Positions 19,634 through 29,600 of a stretch of 64,000 nucleotides of DNA are shown piece by piece. The stretch spans positions 16,675-80,674 of the forward strand of contig DASVDR010000015.1 of assembly GCA_036381015.1 (NCBI GenBank), written 5' to 3'. The notes under the pieces were generated by a model that was not told the origin of the DNA, ran no database searches, and was given only the letters and a program-made list of their open reading frames with translations. Position 1 is the stretch's first letter; each line of letters begins with the position of its first letter. Source of the stretch: Gammaproteobacteria bacterium. Its GTDB lineage: Bacteria > Pseudomonadota > Gammaproteobacteria > Steroidobacterales > Rariloculaceae. The position numbers and the translations under genes are program-made.

Positions 19634-20608
19634 TTACTCTCGCACCCGCAGCCGCGCGAGCAGCGCCGGCTCGAGCGGGCGATCGCCGTCGGCGACGACG
19701 TCGAACTCGCCCAACGTCCCGGGCCGGCTCTCGATGCCCTCGAGCTTGAGAGGCTCGCGGCCGCATTCCCGAACCGGGGCCGTGCGCAACTCGCCGCCGG
19801 GCTCGAGCCAGCCGAAGCGGCAGCCGAGCACGGGCCCGTCCGTCAGCGCATCCGGGGAGTCCTCGGCGCAGGCGATGACGGCGATGCGCCCGTCCGCCGT
19901 CGCGGCGGCGTCGGTGAAGCCGAGCGGCGATCCGTCGATTTCACCGAGATCGAAGGGCGTGACGTCGAGCAACGGCGGCGGCGGCCCTCGGCCGTCCAGC
20001 CAACGAACGAAGCCTTCGAGGGCGAGCGCACCGACGGCGTTGACCGGCTCGCGCCCTCCGCGCAGAGCGCCATTACCGCGTTGGAAGAGCAGGAGCCGAT
20101 CGCCGGCCACGACCGCTCCTTCGATGTTCAGCTGCGCGCCCGCGAAGGCGCGCTCTTCGCGAAGGGAACGATAGAGCGCCCCTCCGTCGCGCACGGAAGG
20201 CGGATGTCGGCGCGATACGACGGCAAGCCGCTCGCGCGTGGCGCTTGCACCGGAACCGAACGCCACGAGGCGCTCGTCGGGCAGCAACGCGAGCGCCTCG
20301 AGGTCCATCTTGAGGTGCTTGTTGCCGATGACGTCGTCGAACCTGCGACGCTCGCCGGGGCCTCGCGGCAGCATGATCGGGAAGAGATAGCCGTCCTCGC
20401 GGTCGTAGATCGCGAAAGCGTTCACGTCGTCCTGCACGATCACGAGGTGCCGCGTCAGGCGGCGAACGGCCGATGCCGAGCGCACGTAGGCCGGCAGGTC
20501 GTAATGCGGATCGGGAGGCTTCGTGTACGCGAGCGGTACCACTTCGTCGATGGCGACGTGCATCGACGGATCGAGCCGGGCCGTGACGCGCGGGCGAACG
20601 GCGGTCAC
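19634..20608 (-). CDS. hypothetical protein with propeller-like repeats (324 aa)
   Basis: Full-length ORF with natural composition. Recurring x-[DN]-x-E-[GA] blocks (KMDLEALALL, LNIEGAVV, LKLEGIES) are reminiscent of phytase-like/DUF3616-type propellers. Lies 43 nt downstream of the small peptide gene, same strand. Confidence 0.65.
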   Translation of the reverse strand: MTAVRPRVTARLDPSMHVAIDEVVPLAYTKPPDPHYDLPAYVRSASAVRRLTRHLVIVQDDVNAFAIYDREDGYLFPIMLPRGPGERRRFDDVIGNKHLKMDLEALALLPDERLVAFGSGASATRERLAVVSRRHPPSVRDGGALYRSLREERAFAGAQLNIEGAVVAGDRLLLFQRGNGALRGGREPVNAVGALALEGFVRWLDGRGPPPPLLDVTPFDLGEIDGSPLGFTDAAATADGRIAVIACAEDSPDALTDGPVLGCRFGWLEPGGELRTAPVRECGREPLKLEGIESRPGTLGEFDVVADGDRPLEPALLARLRVRE

Positions 20609-20650
20609 GGCATCGTGCTCGCGCGCGTCATGCCGAGCTCCGGGCCGGCT

Positions 20651-20815
20651 TCAACACCACGCATAGTAGATGAGCGCGGCGGATCCGACGGCCAGCACGA
20701 GCGGCGTCGGGCACAGCGCCATCAATGATAATGTCATGAGCCCGACGTCCGCCTCCGCCTCGGTAAGCTCTCCTCCCGACACGAACTGAAGCTCGGAACA
20801 TGTAAGCTCGCGCAT
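20651..20815 (-). CDS. 54-aa double-glycine-leader peptide (class II microcin/bacteriocin-like precursor)
   Basis: ATG at 20815 with GGAGGAG 5 nt upstream. Peptide MRELTCSELQFVSGG|ELTEAEADVGLMTLSLMALCPTPLVLAVGSAALIYYAWC. The leader matches the MRELxxxELxxVSGG double-glycine consensus. The gene is hidden in the tail of a 130-aa shadow ORF (20651..21043). Confidence 0.55.
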   Translation of the reverse strand: MRELTCSELQFVSGGELTEAEADVGLMTLSLMALCPTPLVLAVGSAALIYYAWC

Positions 20816-21110
20816 CTCGGCTCCTCCATGGATTTGATTCGAGCGCAGCGGGATCGGCCTCGGCAGATGCCCCTCGATCGGCCTCGGGACCGCCGCCGGC
20901 CGACGCCCCGCGCTCGGCCTCCTGATTCGAAGAGCTTGCGCGCTCGTCCGGGGCGGAGTCACCGCTTCATTATCGTCAAAACGCAAGGATTCGGCGCGCG
21001 ATACGCCGTTCATCGGGGCACCGAGATCGTCGCGGCACTTCACACGGCCCCCTTCTCGGGGTAGGTTGGGGCTCTATGAGCGCCGATCCCGATCGGAGAG
21101 TGTGAACCCG

Positions 21111-22670
21111 ATGGCCATGACCAATTCCGCCGCCGTCGAGAAGACCTTCCTCGGTCATCCCCGCGGCCTGTTCGTCCTGTTCTTCGCCGAGATGTGGGAG
21201 CGCTTTTCCTACTACGGGATGCGCGCCTTGCTCATCTTCTACCTGACGCAGCACTGGCTTTTCTCGGACGAGCGCTCGTCGGTCATCTACGGCGCGTACA
21301 CGGCGCTCGTCTACATCACGCCCGTCCTCGGCGGCTACCTCGCCGACCGCTATCTCGGCCAGCGCAAGGCGGTGCTGTTCGGCGCCGTGCTGCTGACCTG
21401 CGGCCATTTCTTGATGGCGGTGGAAGGCTCCGGCGGGCAGACGGACCCGGCGATCAACGTCTTCTGGCTCGCGCTCTCGTTCATCATCGTCGGATCCGGC
21501 TTCCTCAAGGCGAATATTTCGGTGATCGTCGGGCAGCTCTACCCGCGTACCGACGTGCGCCGCGACGGGGCGTACACCATTTTCTATATGGGCATCAACC
21601 TGGGCGCGGCCATCGGCACGATCATCGCGGGATACCTGGGGCAGACGTACGGCTGGCGCTACGGCTTCGGCGCCGCGGGCGTCGGCATGCTCCTCGGCCT
21701 CATCGTCTTCATGTGGGGCAAGCCGCTGCTGATGGGCCAGGGCGAGCCGCGCGATCCGGCCCGCCTCCAATCGCGCGTCGGCGGCATCAAGTTCGAGTGG
21801 CTGCTCTATTTGGTCAGCGTCGGCGCCGTCGGCGGCATTTGGGCGCTCATCCAGTTCCAGGAGGTGGTCGGCTGGCTGCTCGGCATTTTCGGCGTGCTGC
21901 TCGTGATCTACGTCCTCGGATATGCGGTTCTGAAGCTGCCGCACGACGACCGCGACCGGATCTTCGCGGCCATGTTCCTGATCCTGGGCTCGATCCTGTT
22001 CTGGGCGCTGTTCGAGCAGGCGGGATCGTCGCTGAACCTGTTCACCGACCGGTACGTGGATCGCGCCGGCGTTCCCGCGGCCGTGTTCCAGTCGATCAAT
22101 CCGATCTACATCATCCTGTTCGCGCCGGTGTTCGCATGGCTCTGGACGTGGCTCGGGCGGCGAGGCCTCGAGCCCTCCGCGCCGGCGAAGTTCGGGCTGG
22201 CGATGGTGCAGCTCGGCGGCGGATTCCTCGTTCTCGTGGCCGGCGCGTACGCGGTCGGCATCGAGAACGTCACGCCGGTGATCTTCATCTTCCTCATCTA
22301 TCTACTGCACACGACCGGCGAGCTTTGCCTCTCCCCCGTGGGCCTGTCCGCGATGAACCGGCTTGCGCCGGCGCACATGGCAAGCCTGATCATGGGCACC
22401 TGGTTCTTCGCCTCGGCCACCGGTAACTTTGCCGCCGGCTTGATCGCGGCGGCGACAGGCGCCGAGAAGGCGGGCGAGGGCGCCGCCAAGGAAGTCGTGC
22501 TCGACGTCTATACGACGGTGGGCTGGGTGGCCGTCGCGACCGGCATCGGCGTCATGCTCGTCGCGCCGTTCATCCGGCGGCTGATGCACCTCGAGACGCT
22601 CCGCGACCACGAGCCCGAGGAAGCGATCGCCGGCCGGCGCGAGCTGGCGGCGCCGGGCGCCCAAGCCTGA
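21111..22670 (+). CDS. POT/PTR2 family proton-dependent oligopeptide transporter
   Basis: About 519 aa. PTR2 signature region ERFSYYGMRALLIFYL and GGYLADRYLGQRKAV, with about 14 hydrophobic segments. The start at 21111 (MAMTNS) is preferred over 21066. Confidence 0.9.
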   Translation: MAMTNSAAVEKTFLGHPRGLFVLFFAEMWERFSYYGMRALLIFYLTQHWLFSDERSSVIYGAYTALVYITPVLGGYLADRYLGQRKAVLFGAVLLTCGHFLMAVEGSGGQTDPAINVFWLALSFIIVGSGFLKANISVIVGQLYPRTDVRRDGAYTIFYMGINLGAAIGTIIAGYLGQTYGWRYGFGAAGVGMLLGLIVFMWGKPLLMGQGEPRDPARLQSRVGGIKFEWLLYLVSVGAVGGIWALIQFQEVVGWLLGIFGVLLVIYVLGYAVLKLPHDDRDRIFAAMFLILGSILFWALFEQAGSSLNLFTDRYVDRAGVPAAVFQSINPIYIILFAPVFAWLWTWLGRRGLEPSAPAKFGLAMVQLGGGFLVLVAGAYAVGIENVTPVIFIFLIYLLHTTGELCLSPVGLSAMNRLAPAHMASLIMGTWFFASATGNFAAGLIAAATGAEKAGEGAAKEVVLDVYTTVGWVAVATGIGVMLVAPFIRRLMHLETLRDHEPEEAIAGRRELAAPGAQA

Positions 22671-22843
22671 TCTGAAGCACTGCCGGCCCGGCGCCCGGAC
22701 CTGACAACGCGCGCCGGGCGCGCGTGCGCGCCCACGCCCACCCACACAGCCCTCTACGCGCGGGCCGCGGCGAAGCGCGATCGACCGCCGCCCACACGAT
22801 GCGGCTTTCGGTTCTGTGTGCCGCTGCCGCTCCGACGCTTCCG

Positions 22844-23860
22844 CTATTGCTGCCCCTGCCCCTGCCCCTGCTCGGGCGACGGCTGCGCTTGGGCCGGGCC
22901 TCCCGGGCTCGACAGGTCGGACCGCATCGTCAGCACGATCGTCTCGCTGTGCTCGACCATCGAATCGCCGCGGTTCAGCAGCTCCTCCGCGGCCTGTTGA
23001 CCCATCGAGGTATAGAGCGGCATCGGCTCATCGAGCGCCGCCCAGCCCCCCTCGAGCGGAACGGCGAAGACCCACGTGCGATCCTCGGCGCCGAACATCA
23101 TCTCGTTGGCGACGACACCGAGCAGATCCGCTTCGCGAAGCGCCGGCATGAGCTCGTCACGCAGCCACGTCTGGTATTCCTGGCGTTTGCCGGGCAACAA
23201 GGTCTGCGTCACGAGAATCATCAGCTGCGGCGTCTCGGTGCTCGGCTGGCCTTGCGGCATGATCGACAGGTCGGGATGCACCTGCGCGACGGCCACCTCG
23301 TGAGAATCGATCGTGGCTTGGATTCGGTTGATCCAGGCGGCCCACTCCTCCGGCGGCATCGGCGGGTTCTCGGCCATCTCGGCCAGCTCCGCGAACGACG
23401 GAATCTGCGAGACGATGTGGTACGTGTCCTGGTCGCCGATCGCCACCTGCCATACCGTGAACCCGGGCGCACCCTGCTCGCGAAGCGCCTCGCCGAGCTC
23501 CTTCAAGAGATCCTCGAATTCCTGCATCCGCTCGCCCTTGACGCGAATGACTCTGACCTCGTTCAGCATCATCGGTGCAGCCTGCCCCGGCGTTTCGCCC
23601 GGCGCCGCGGCGAGCGCCACGTCTTCCTCTTGCTGACTCTGCTGCCCTTGCTGCTGTTGCTGCCCTTGCTGTGGCTGGCCTTGCTGTTGTTGCCCCTGCT
23701 GTTGCTGCTGCGCTTGCTGCTCTTGCTCCTGCTGTTGCTGCAGCGCTTGCTGCTCTTGCCCCTCTTGCTGGCTCGACGCGACAAGCGGAATCGACAGCAT
23801 GGCCAGGCTGATCACGGAGGGTACGAAAGCCCGTTGCACGCCCGTTCGTTGGAGTTCCAT
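22844..23860 (-). CDS. secreted Gln-rich protein of unknown function
   Basis: ATG at 23860 (MELQRTGVQRAFVPSVISLAMLSIPLVASS) with AGGGGA upstream. A ~50-aa Q/E/G low-complexity tract is followed by two similar ~100-aa alpha/beta-looking halves. The C-terminus is QGQGQGQQ. Confidence 0.65.
   Translation of the reverse strand: MELQRTGVQRAFVPSVISLAMLSIPLVASSQQEGQEQQALQQQQEQEQQAQQQQQGQQQQGQPQQGQQQQQGQQSQQEEDVALAAAPGETPGQAAPMMLNEVRVIRVKGERMQEFEDLLKELGEALREQGAPGFTVWQVAIGDQDTYHIVSQIPSFAELAEMAENPPMPPEEWAAWINRIQATIDSHEVAVAQVHPDLSIMPQGQPSTETPQLMILVTQTLLPGKRQEYQTWLRDELMPALREADLLGVVANEMMFGAEDRTWVFAVPLEGGWAALDEPMPLYTSMGQQAAEELLNRGDSMVEHSETIVLTMRSDLSSPGGPAQAQPSPEQGQGQGQQ
23621..23775 (-). repeat. CAG/CAA-rich in-frame low-complexity repeat
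   Basis: Plus strand shows reiterated ctgctgttgctgc / cttgctgc units. They encode QQEGQEQQALQQQQEQEQQAQQQQQGQQQQGQPQQGQQQQQGQQSQQ. Confidence 0.8.
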
Positions 23861-24129
23861 CGCGCTGTCCCCTATGAAGACGCCGCTGCCGTCTTGCGAA
23901 GCTCGAAGCAGACGGCGACAAGGATGAATGGATAGTGAGAAGAGCTTCGGCAACCCGGCCGTCTCGGGCCCTTCGAGCAGGCCGAACGGTCACTCGAAGG
24001 AACGAGGACCCGTGGGCTTTCCGCCCCCGCCTTTCGACGGGTTTGGCTTTATCGTCGATGCAGATTACGCCGGTTCAGAGCAGCGAACAACATATCGCGA
24101 GTGCGACGTTCACCTAATCAATAGCAATT

Positions 24130-24330
24130 TTTTCGATCGTGATTCCATGCGATGCAAGCTGGCGCCCGGCATCCTGATCTCCGAAACGCATTTCCGATGT
24201 GTCGACGGAAGCGGTATGAATCTTGCCGGCGGCACGGCATGCAATGGGTAGAGCTCGCATGGCTGCGATGACGCGCGACGTCGAGCGCGATTGCATCGTC
24301 GGCGGCGTCCCAGCAAAGCCGCTCGCCGGA
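24130..24330 (+). pseudogene. remnant of a hexapeptide-repeat (LbH) acetyltransferase C-terminus
   Basis: Two frames together read ...GMNLAGGTACNG / GRARMAAMTRDVERDCIVGGVPAKPLAGR. This resembles the ...GAGSVVTRDVPxxxIVGGVPAKxI end of LbH acyltransferases. There is no intact N-terminal part, and stops are present. An AT-rich patch lies at about 24110-24140. Confidence 0.3.
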
Positions 24331-24373
24331 CGCCGCGACCTCGCGAAAGCGCGCGGTCTATCTCAGGTCACTG

Positions 24374-25267
24374 TCAATTCACGGTCAGGATGTCATAGCC
24401 GACCGCGAGGCTGATCAGCGGATTGCGGCCCGGGCTCGGCCGATACTCCTGGGCGACGAAGCCCTCGTAGCCCATGTCGACGATCTCGCGCGCGATATAG
24501 CGATAGTCCAATTCGCTGTTGTCGAGCTCGGCCCGCGACGGAACGCCGGCGACGTGGACGTGGCACACGAGATCCAGGTTGTCGCGCATCGTGCGCACGA
24601 CGTCCCCGTTGGCGATCTGGACGTGGTAGATGTCGTAGACGATCTTGATGTTCGGGGAGCCCGTCCGGCGGCAAACGTCGAAGCCCCAGTTGATGTCGTC
24701 GAAGACCTGGTCAGTGCGATTGTCCGCGGCGACTTTCGAGTTCGTGATCTCCATGCAGACGATGACGCCTTTCTCTTCCGCGTACGGCGCGACGCGCGAC
24801 AGGATCTCGACTGCGTGATCGGCTCCCTCCTCGCGCGACATGCCGCGCCGCTCGCCGGGCAGCGCGATCAGGTTCGGGCAGCCGACCTTGGCGCACATGT
24901 CGATGCCGGCGTGCGTGGCCTCCTCGATCCGATCGTGCAACTCGCGCCGAATGAGGCCGTCCTGAAACGTCGTGCCCGTGCCCGTCATCAAGGCGGGCGT
25001 CAGGCCGTAATCCTGGAGCACGGGAATATCGTCCGGCTGCGGCAGATCCATGCCGGCGAAGCCGAGCGCGGCAAGCACCTCGCAGCGTTCCTCGATGCTC
25101 AAGTCGAGGTCCCCCCAAACCTGCGGCATGACGCTCTGCTTGATCTTCCCCTGGCGGATTCCCGGCTCGAGCGCGCGGGCGGCTTGGGCCGCGAGCAACG
25201 GCGAGGCCGCCAGGGCGGCGAGCAGCCGTCTTCTGCCGAGTGTTTTTTTTGCAATGATCGCGTGCAT
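24374..25267 (-). CDS. Tat-signal xylose isomerase-like TIM-barrel protein (hydroxypyruvate isomerase family-like)
   Basis: ATG at 25267 (MHAIIAKKTLGRRRLLAALAASPLLAAQAARA) after GGGGGAAG, 297 aa. Blocks VCMEITNSKV, NIKIVYDIYHVQI, HVHVAGVP, GFVAQEY. The N-terminal 260 aa of the 557-aa ORF are shadow sequence. Confidence 0.8.
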   Translation of the reverse strand: MHAIIAKKTLGRRRLLAALAASPLLAAQAARALEPGIRQGKIKQSVMPQVWGDLDLSIEERCEVLAALGFAGMDLPQPDDIPVLQDYGLTPALMTGTGTTFQDGLIRRELHDRIEEATHAGIDMCAKVGCPNLIALPGERRGMSREEGADHAVEILSRVAPYAEEKGVIVCMEITNSKVAADNRTDQVFDDINWGFDVCRRTGSPNIKIVYDIYHVQIANGDVVRTMRDNLDLVCHVHVAGVPSRAELDNSELDYRYIAREIVDMGYEGFVAQEYRPSPGRNPLISLAVGYDILTVN

Positions 25268-25471
25268 CGTTCTTCCCCCTAAACGTCGGTGCCGCTCGAG
25301 GAGCGCCGCAACCGGTGCCGATCGGGGCCGAGGGTACAGCAGGCGCTGCGTGCCGCAAAGCGGGCGTCTGCGATGGGGCCGCGACGAGCGCGCTTCGCCT
25401 CCGGGAACATGTCTCGCTGGGCATCGCCCCGGGTTGGGAAAGACCCGCTCCGGTTTGCTACATTGGCGCTC

Positions 25472-26566
25472 ATGTCGGCTCGGCTCGTCCGTTGCGGAAT
25501 CCTCGCGTGCTCGACGCTCGCCGGGCTCGTGCTCGCACGCGGTGCGAGCGCGCAGACGCTGAGGCTCGATCGGCTGCCGGTCGAGCGACTCGCCGTCACG
25601 GCGCCGTCCGAGCGCGTGACGGGCGAGCCCGGCCGAATGCAGATCGCCGCCGCAGCATGCCCGAGCTACGACGAAGCGAGCCTCCGCCGGCGCATCGTCG
25701 ACATCGCCGTGCAGGAATGGGGGTTCTTCGGTTTCAACGTCGTGAACGAAACCGTCGTCGACGACGATGGCGAGCGGGATCGCCGCTGGTCGTGGCGCCG
25801 CCTCTCGCGGCTCGATCCGGCGGAATCGGCCCGCGTCGCCGGCTCGATCGCCGGCTACTGGTCGGCGACGCCCGACGGCAGCTGGATTTTGAGCAGACAG
25901 AACGAGATCTGGAACGATGCCGGCATCGGGGCCCGGTGGCGGGATCCGTGGTCCGCGGCATTCATCTCGTGGGTGATGTGCGAAAGCGGGCTCGGGAGCG
26001 AGGATCGGTTTCGCCGCCACATTGCGCACCATGTCTACATCGATCAAGCCATCGAAGCGCGCGACGATCCTGATTCGCTCGCGGCATTCGTCGCGTACGA
26101 CGTCGGCGAGCTTGTGCTCGAGCCGGGCGACATGGTCTGTCGCGCGCGCCGCGGCGCTTATCGGTCGATCGCCGAGCGGCGCGCCGATATCGGCGTCGGC
26201 GTGCGTTCACACTGCGACATCGTCGTCGAGGTCGATGCCGACCGGAATCGCATCCTCGCAATCGGCGGCAACGTGCGCGGCCGGGTGAGCTTGAAGCTGC
26301 TGCCGGCGACGTTCGAGCGCCGCGGAGGGGGACCGCTCGCGACATCGATCGGGCGCGGTCGCCGCGCCATCTTCGCGCACCTGAAGCTGCGCGCTCCTCC
26401 GATCGAGGCCGACGCGTTCGAGAGCACGCCGACGATGGCAGCACTGTCCGAACGCACCGCTCAATTCGCCGCTCTCGAGCAGCGGTTGGACGGGGAGACG
26501 CCGCTCCGGGCAGGTGCGCCGGTAGAAACCTCCTTGTCGGGAGGCTCCGCTCCGGCATCTCCTTGA
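25472..26566 (+). CDS. DUF2272 domain-containing secreted protein
   Basis: ATG at 25472 (MSARLVRCGILACSTLAGLVLARGASAQ). Blocks VQEWGFFG, PWSAAFISWVM, HCDIVVEV, ILAIGGNV fit my memory of DUF2272. Confidence 0.7.
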   Translation: MSARLVRCGILACSTLAGLVLARGASAQTLRLDRLPVERLAVTAPSERVTGEPGRMQIAAAACPSYDEASLRRRIVDIAVQEWGFFGFNVVNETVVDDDGERDRRWSWRRLSRLDPAESARVAGSIAGYWSATPDGSWILSRQNEIWNDAGIGARWRDPWSAAFISWVMCESGLGSEDRFRRHIAHHVYIDQAIEARDDPDSLAAFVAYDVGELVLEPGDMVCRARRGAYRSIAERRADIGVGVRSHCDIVVEVDADRNRILAIGGNVRGRVSLKLLPATFERRGGGPLATSIGRGRRAIFAHLKLRAPPIEADAFESTPTMAALSERTAQFAALEQRLDGETPLRAGAPVETSLSGGSAPASP

Positions 26567-26600
26567 AGAACGCCGTACGCGATGCCCTTACGCTCGAAAG

Positions 26601-29600
26601 CTACTGCGCGGCTTTGCGGGCCCAAAGCCCGCCGTGCGCGAAGCTCCGCCACGCCCAAGGCAGCCAGCGCAGCAACGCGAAGCTGAGCCACAGCGCCCAC
26701 GCGAGCATCGCCGCTTTGTAGAACCACTGCGACACGGAGAGGGCGCCGGCGTCCGGCGTGAGCCCGGCCGTGCGGTCGACGAACCAGCTGAGCCCGCCCG
26801 CAACCGGCGACACGATGTGCATGTCCGGCGCGCCGAGCAGGCCTACCGGAATAGCGCCGACGAGCGCGACGAGGGCGGCGACGGTGAGCACGCCGAGCGC
26901 GACCTGCATCGCGTTGAAGCGGCCGCGCGAGCGCGGGCCTTCCACGCGGCCGCGCGCGCTCATCGCGAACGCCCAGATCGCGAAGAGCAGGAGCACCGGC
27001 CACGCGAACGTGGAGAGACCGACGCCGAGCAGCAGCCATTCATGAGTGCGCAGCGGGCTCGCCGCGAGCCGCCCCAGCACGAGCGCGCCGAGCACGAGCG
27101 CGACGAGCTCCGGCCAGTAAAGGATCGCCGGGCCGAGCCGCGGCCCGAGCGCGAGGAGCACCCACCGGTCCTGCGGCAAATCGAGCCGCGTCTCGATGTT
27201 GCTCGCGCCGCCGCCGAGATCGACGACCGGCACGCTCGTCCACACGCCGACGCCCGTCGGCTCGCGCCATTCGATTTCGGCGTCGTGCTCGCCGGGCGTG
27301 ACCGGGATGCCGAGCATGCGCCCTTCGAGCTCGAGCGGCACCGGGTCGCCGTCGATCCAAACGCTGTCGAGCTCGCTGCCTTCCGGCAACGTGATCACGT
27401 GCTGGCCGCCGCGCGTCGTGCGATACGTGATCTCGAGCGTGGAATTCGAGACGCGCGCACCCACGTCGCGCTCGTAGTTGACGGTGTCGATCGCGATCGT
27501 GTCGCCGCTCGCGGGCTCGGGGCGCCGGAGCGCGACGGTCAGCGTCTCGCCCGGCCGCGGGTCGTATTCCGGCGTGTAGAGCGAAGGGTCCGGATCGAGA
27601 GGTGCGGCCGACGGCAGCCCCATGTACTCCGCGTGCCAGATCGGCCCGACCTCGAAGAGCCACCGCTCGGTCCACGGCGCATCGGCGCCGGCCGCGGTCA
27701 GCGTCAACGTCTGCGCCGTCGGCAGCCGCGATTCCCAAACCACCGTGTCCTCGCCGTCGGCGAAAGCGACCGTCGCGCGGCCGCCGGCCGCTTCGATCCC
27801 CGGTGTCAGCACGGCCTCGTTCGGAAGCAGCGCGACCGAAAGCGTGAAGGCGCCGGACTCCGGCGCGACGCGCGTGACGGTCGTCCTGACCCGCCAGTCG
27901 AGATCGAACACGAGGCGCCGCTCGACGTCGACGTACGGCGCGATGATCGTGCCGCCGAGCTCGCCTTCGTCGCCGTCGCCGTCTTCGGGTTGGCGGGTCA
28001 GCTCGAGCGCGCCGGAGAGCAGGCGTCCGTCGGCGACGCCGGCGACGTTCCAGTCGGGAGCGTCCACGGCGATGCGGCGCGGCCGCAGCGGGAACGGCAG
28101 CGTGACGCCGTTCCCGGGCGGCACGGGACCGCGGAGCGTCACGCGGTGCACGCCGGCCGGCGCGGAGAGCCACGCGGTTTGGCCGCGGTCGCGGTAGAGG
28201 GAGCCGACGGGATCGCCGTCGACGGCGATCTCGAACGGGCGCCAGCCGCCGGGCGCGCCCGGCACGGGCACGGCCGAGGGCGCTTGCAGCGCGAGATCGA
28301 GCTCGACCGTCAGCACGTCGTCGACGACCGCGACGCGCGCGGCCGTCGCGTCGGCGCAAGCCGGGCGGCACGCCGCGGGCGCGGTCAGCCGCTGCTTCAG
28401 CTCCTCGAGCAGCGCCGGCGCCGGGAACTCGCCGGGCGCGATCTGCGCGGGAGAAGGCGAAGGCAGCGCGAGCGCGGCGACGGCGAGCAAGGCCGCGCTC
28501 GACGTGCCGCGCAGCCATCGACGCGGCACCGGGCCCGGTCGGCCGGAGAGGAGCCACAGCAGCGCGAGCGCGAGAGCGACGCTCGCGACGCGCCACAGCG
28601 CGACGAGCCATGGGCCGATCGTCACGAGGCGAAACGTCTGCCCGGCGTCGACCGGGCCGCCGAACGAGAGCGTATGGCGGGTCCACGCCCAGTCCGGAAG
28701 GCCGGGGCCGGTCTGCACGAGCGCGCCGGGCTGATAGCGCGTGAGCTCGCCGCGGATGATGCGGCTGGCGGTGACGGTTATCTCGTCGACCGCCGACGGC
28801 GCGGCCGCCGATCCCGCCGCGGCCCGCTCTCGAGCCAGGGACAACGCGTCGCCGCCGACGGCGGCGATGTCCTCGGCCGTCGTCAGGCCGCGCTCGAGCC
28901 TCGTCCGCTCGAGCTGCGGATACAGCGCGTTGCGCAGCTGCACGGTCGTGAACGGAATCAGCAGCAGCACGACGGCCGCGACGCTGAGCCGGCGATACCA
29001 GCGCGCGGCGGAGCCGAGACGGCCTTCCGAGGGTGCGACGCGCACGAGCGCGATCGCGACGAGCAGGTTCAGCCACGTCCACCGCGGCGCGTTCGGCTCG
29101 TGAAACGCGATCACGAGCGCGAGCAGCGCGACGATCCCCGCGGCGGGTCCGAAGAGTCTCCAGGCCGCGGCGCCGACGATCAGCAGGAGGAAAACGTCGA
29201 GAAGGCGCCAGCGCTCGAGCCATACGGTCGGCGCACGATCGGCGCCGAGCGCCGCGAGCACGCGGTAGCCGGGCGGGACGTGCACGGTCGTCGTGACGTC
29301 GTCGAACGCGGAGCGATAGCCGGTGACCGGCAGCCGTCCCGCGTTCGGCAAGCGGGCCGTCGCCGTGAGGTCGATCGCCTGCGAGCGAAGCTCGACGCCC
29401 TGGAGCCCCGGCTCCGTGCCGAGCGTCACGAGCAAGGGCTCGTCGTCGACGGACGCCATCGTCATCGTGTACGGCGCGGCCATGTCGAGCCGCCACTCGC
29501 TCCACATTCGGCCGTCGATCCGGTCGCGGGCGGTGAAGCCGCCGCCGTCGAAGTCGAGCCACAGGTCGCGCCGCAAGACGAGCCGATTCGCCTGCGCCGC

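Noticed and set aside
24374-26047. 557-aa ORF for the TIM-barrel protein.
   Set aside because: The upstream 260 codons are Arg/Pro-rich and overlap the DUF2272 gene on the opposite strand. A Tat-type signal with a good Shine-Dalgarno begins at the internal ATG at 25267.
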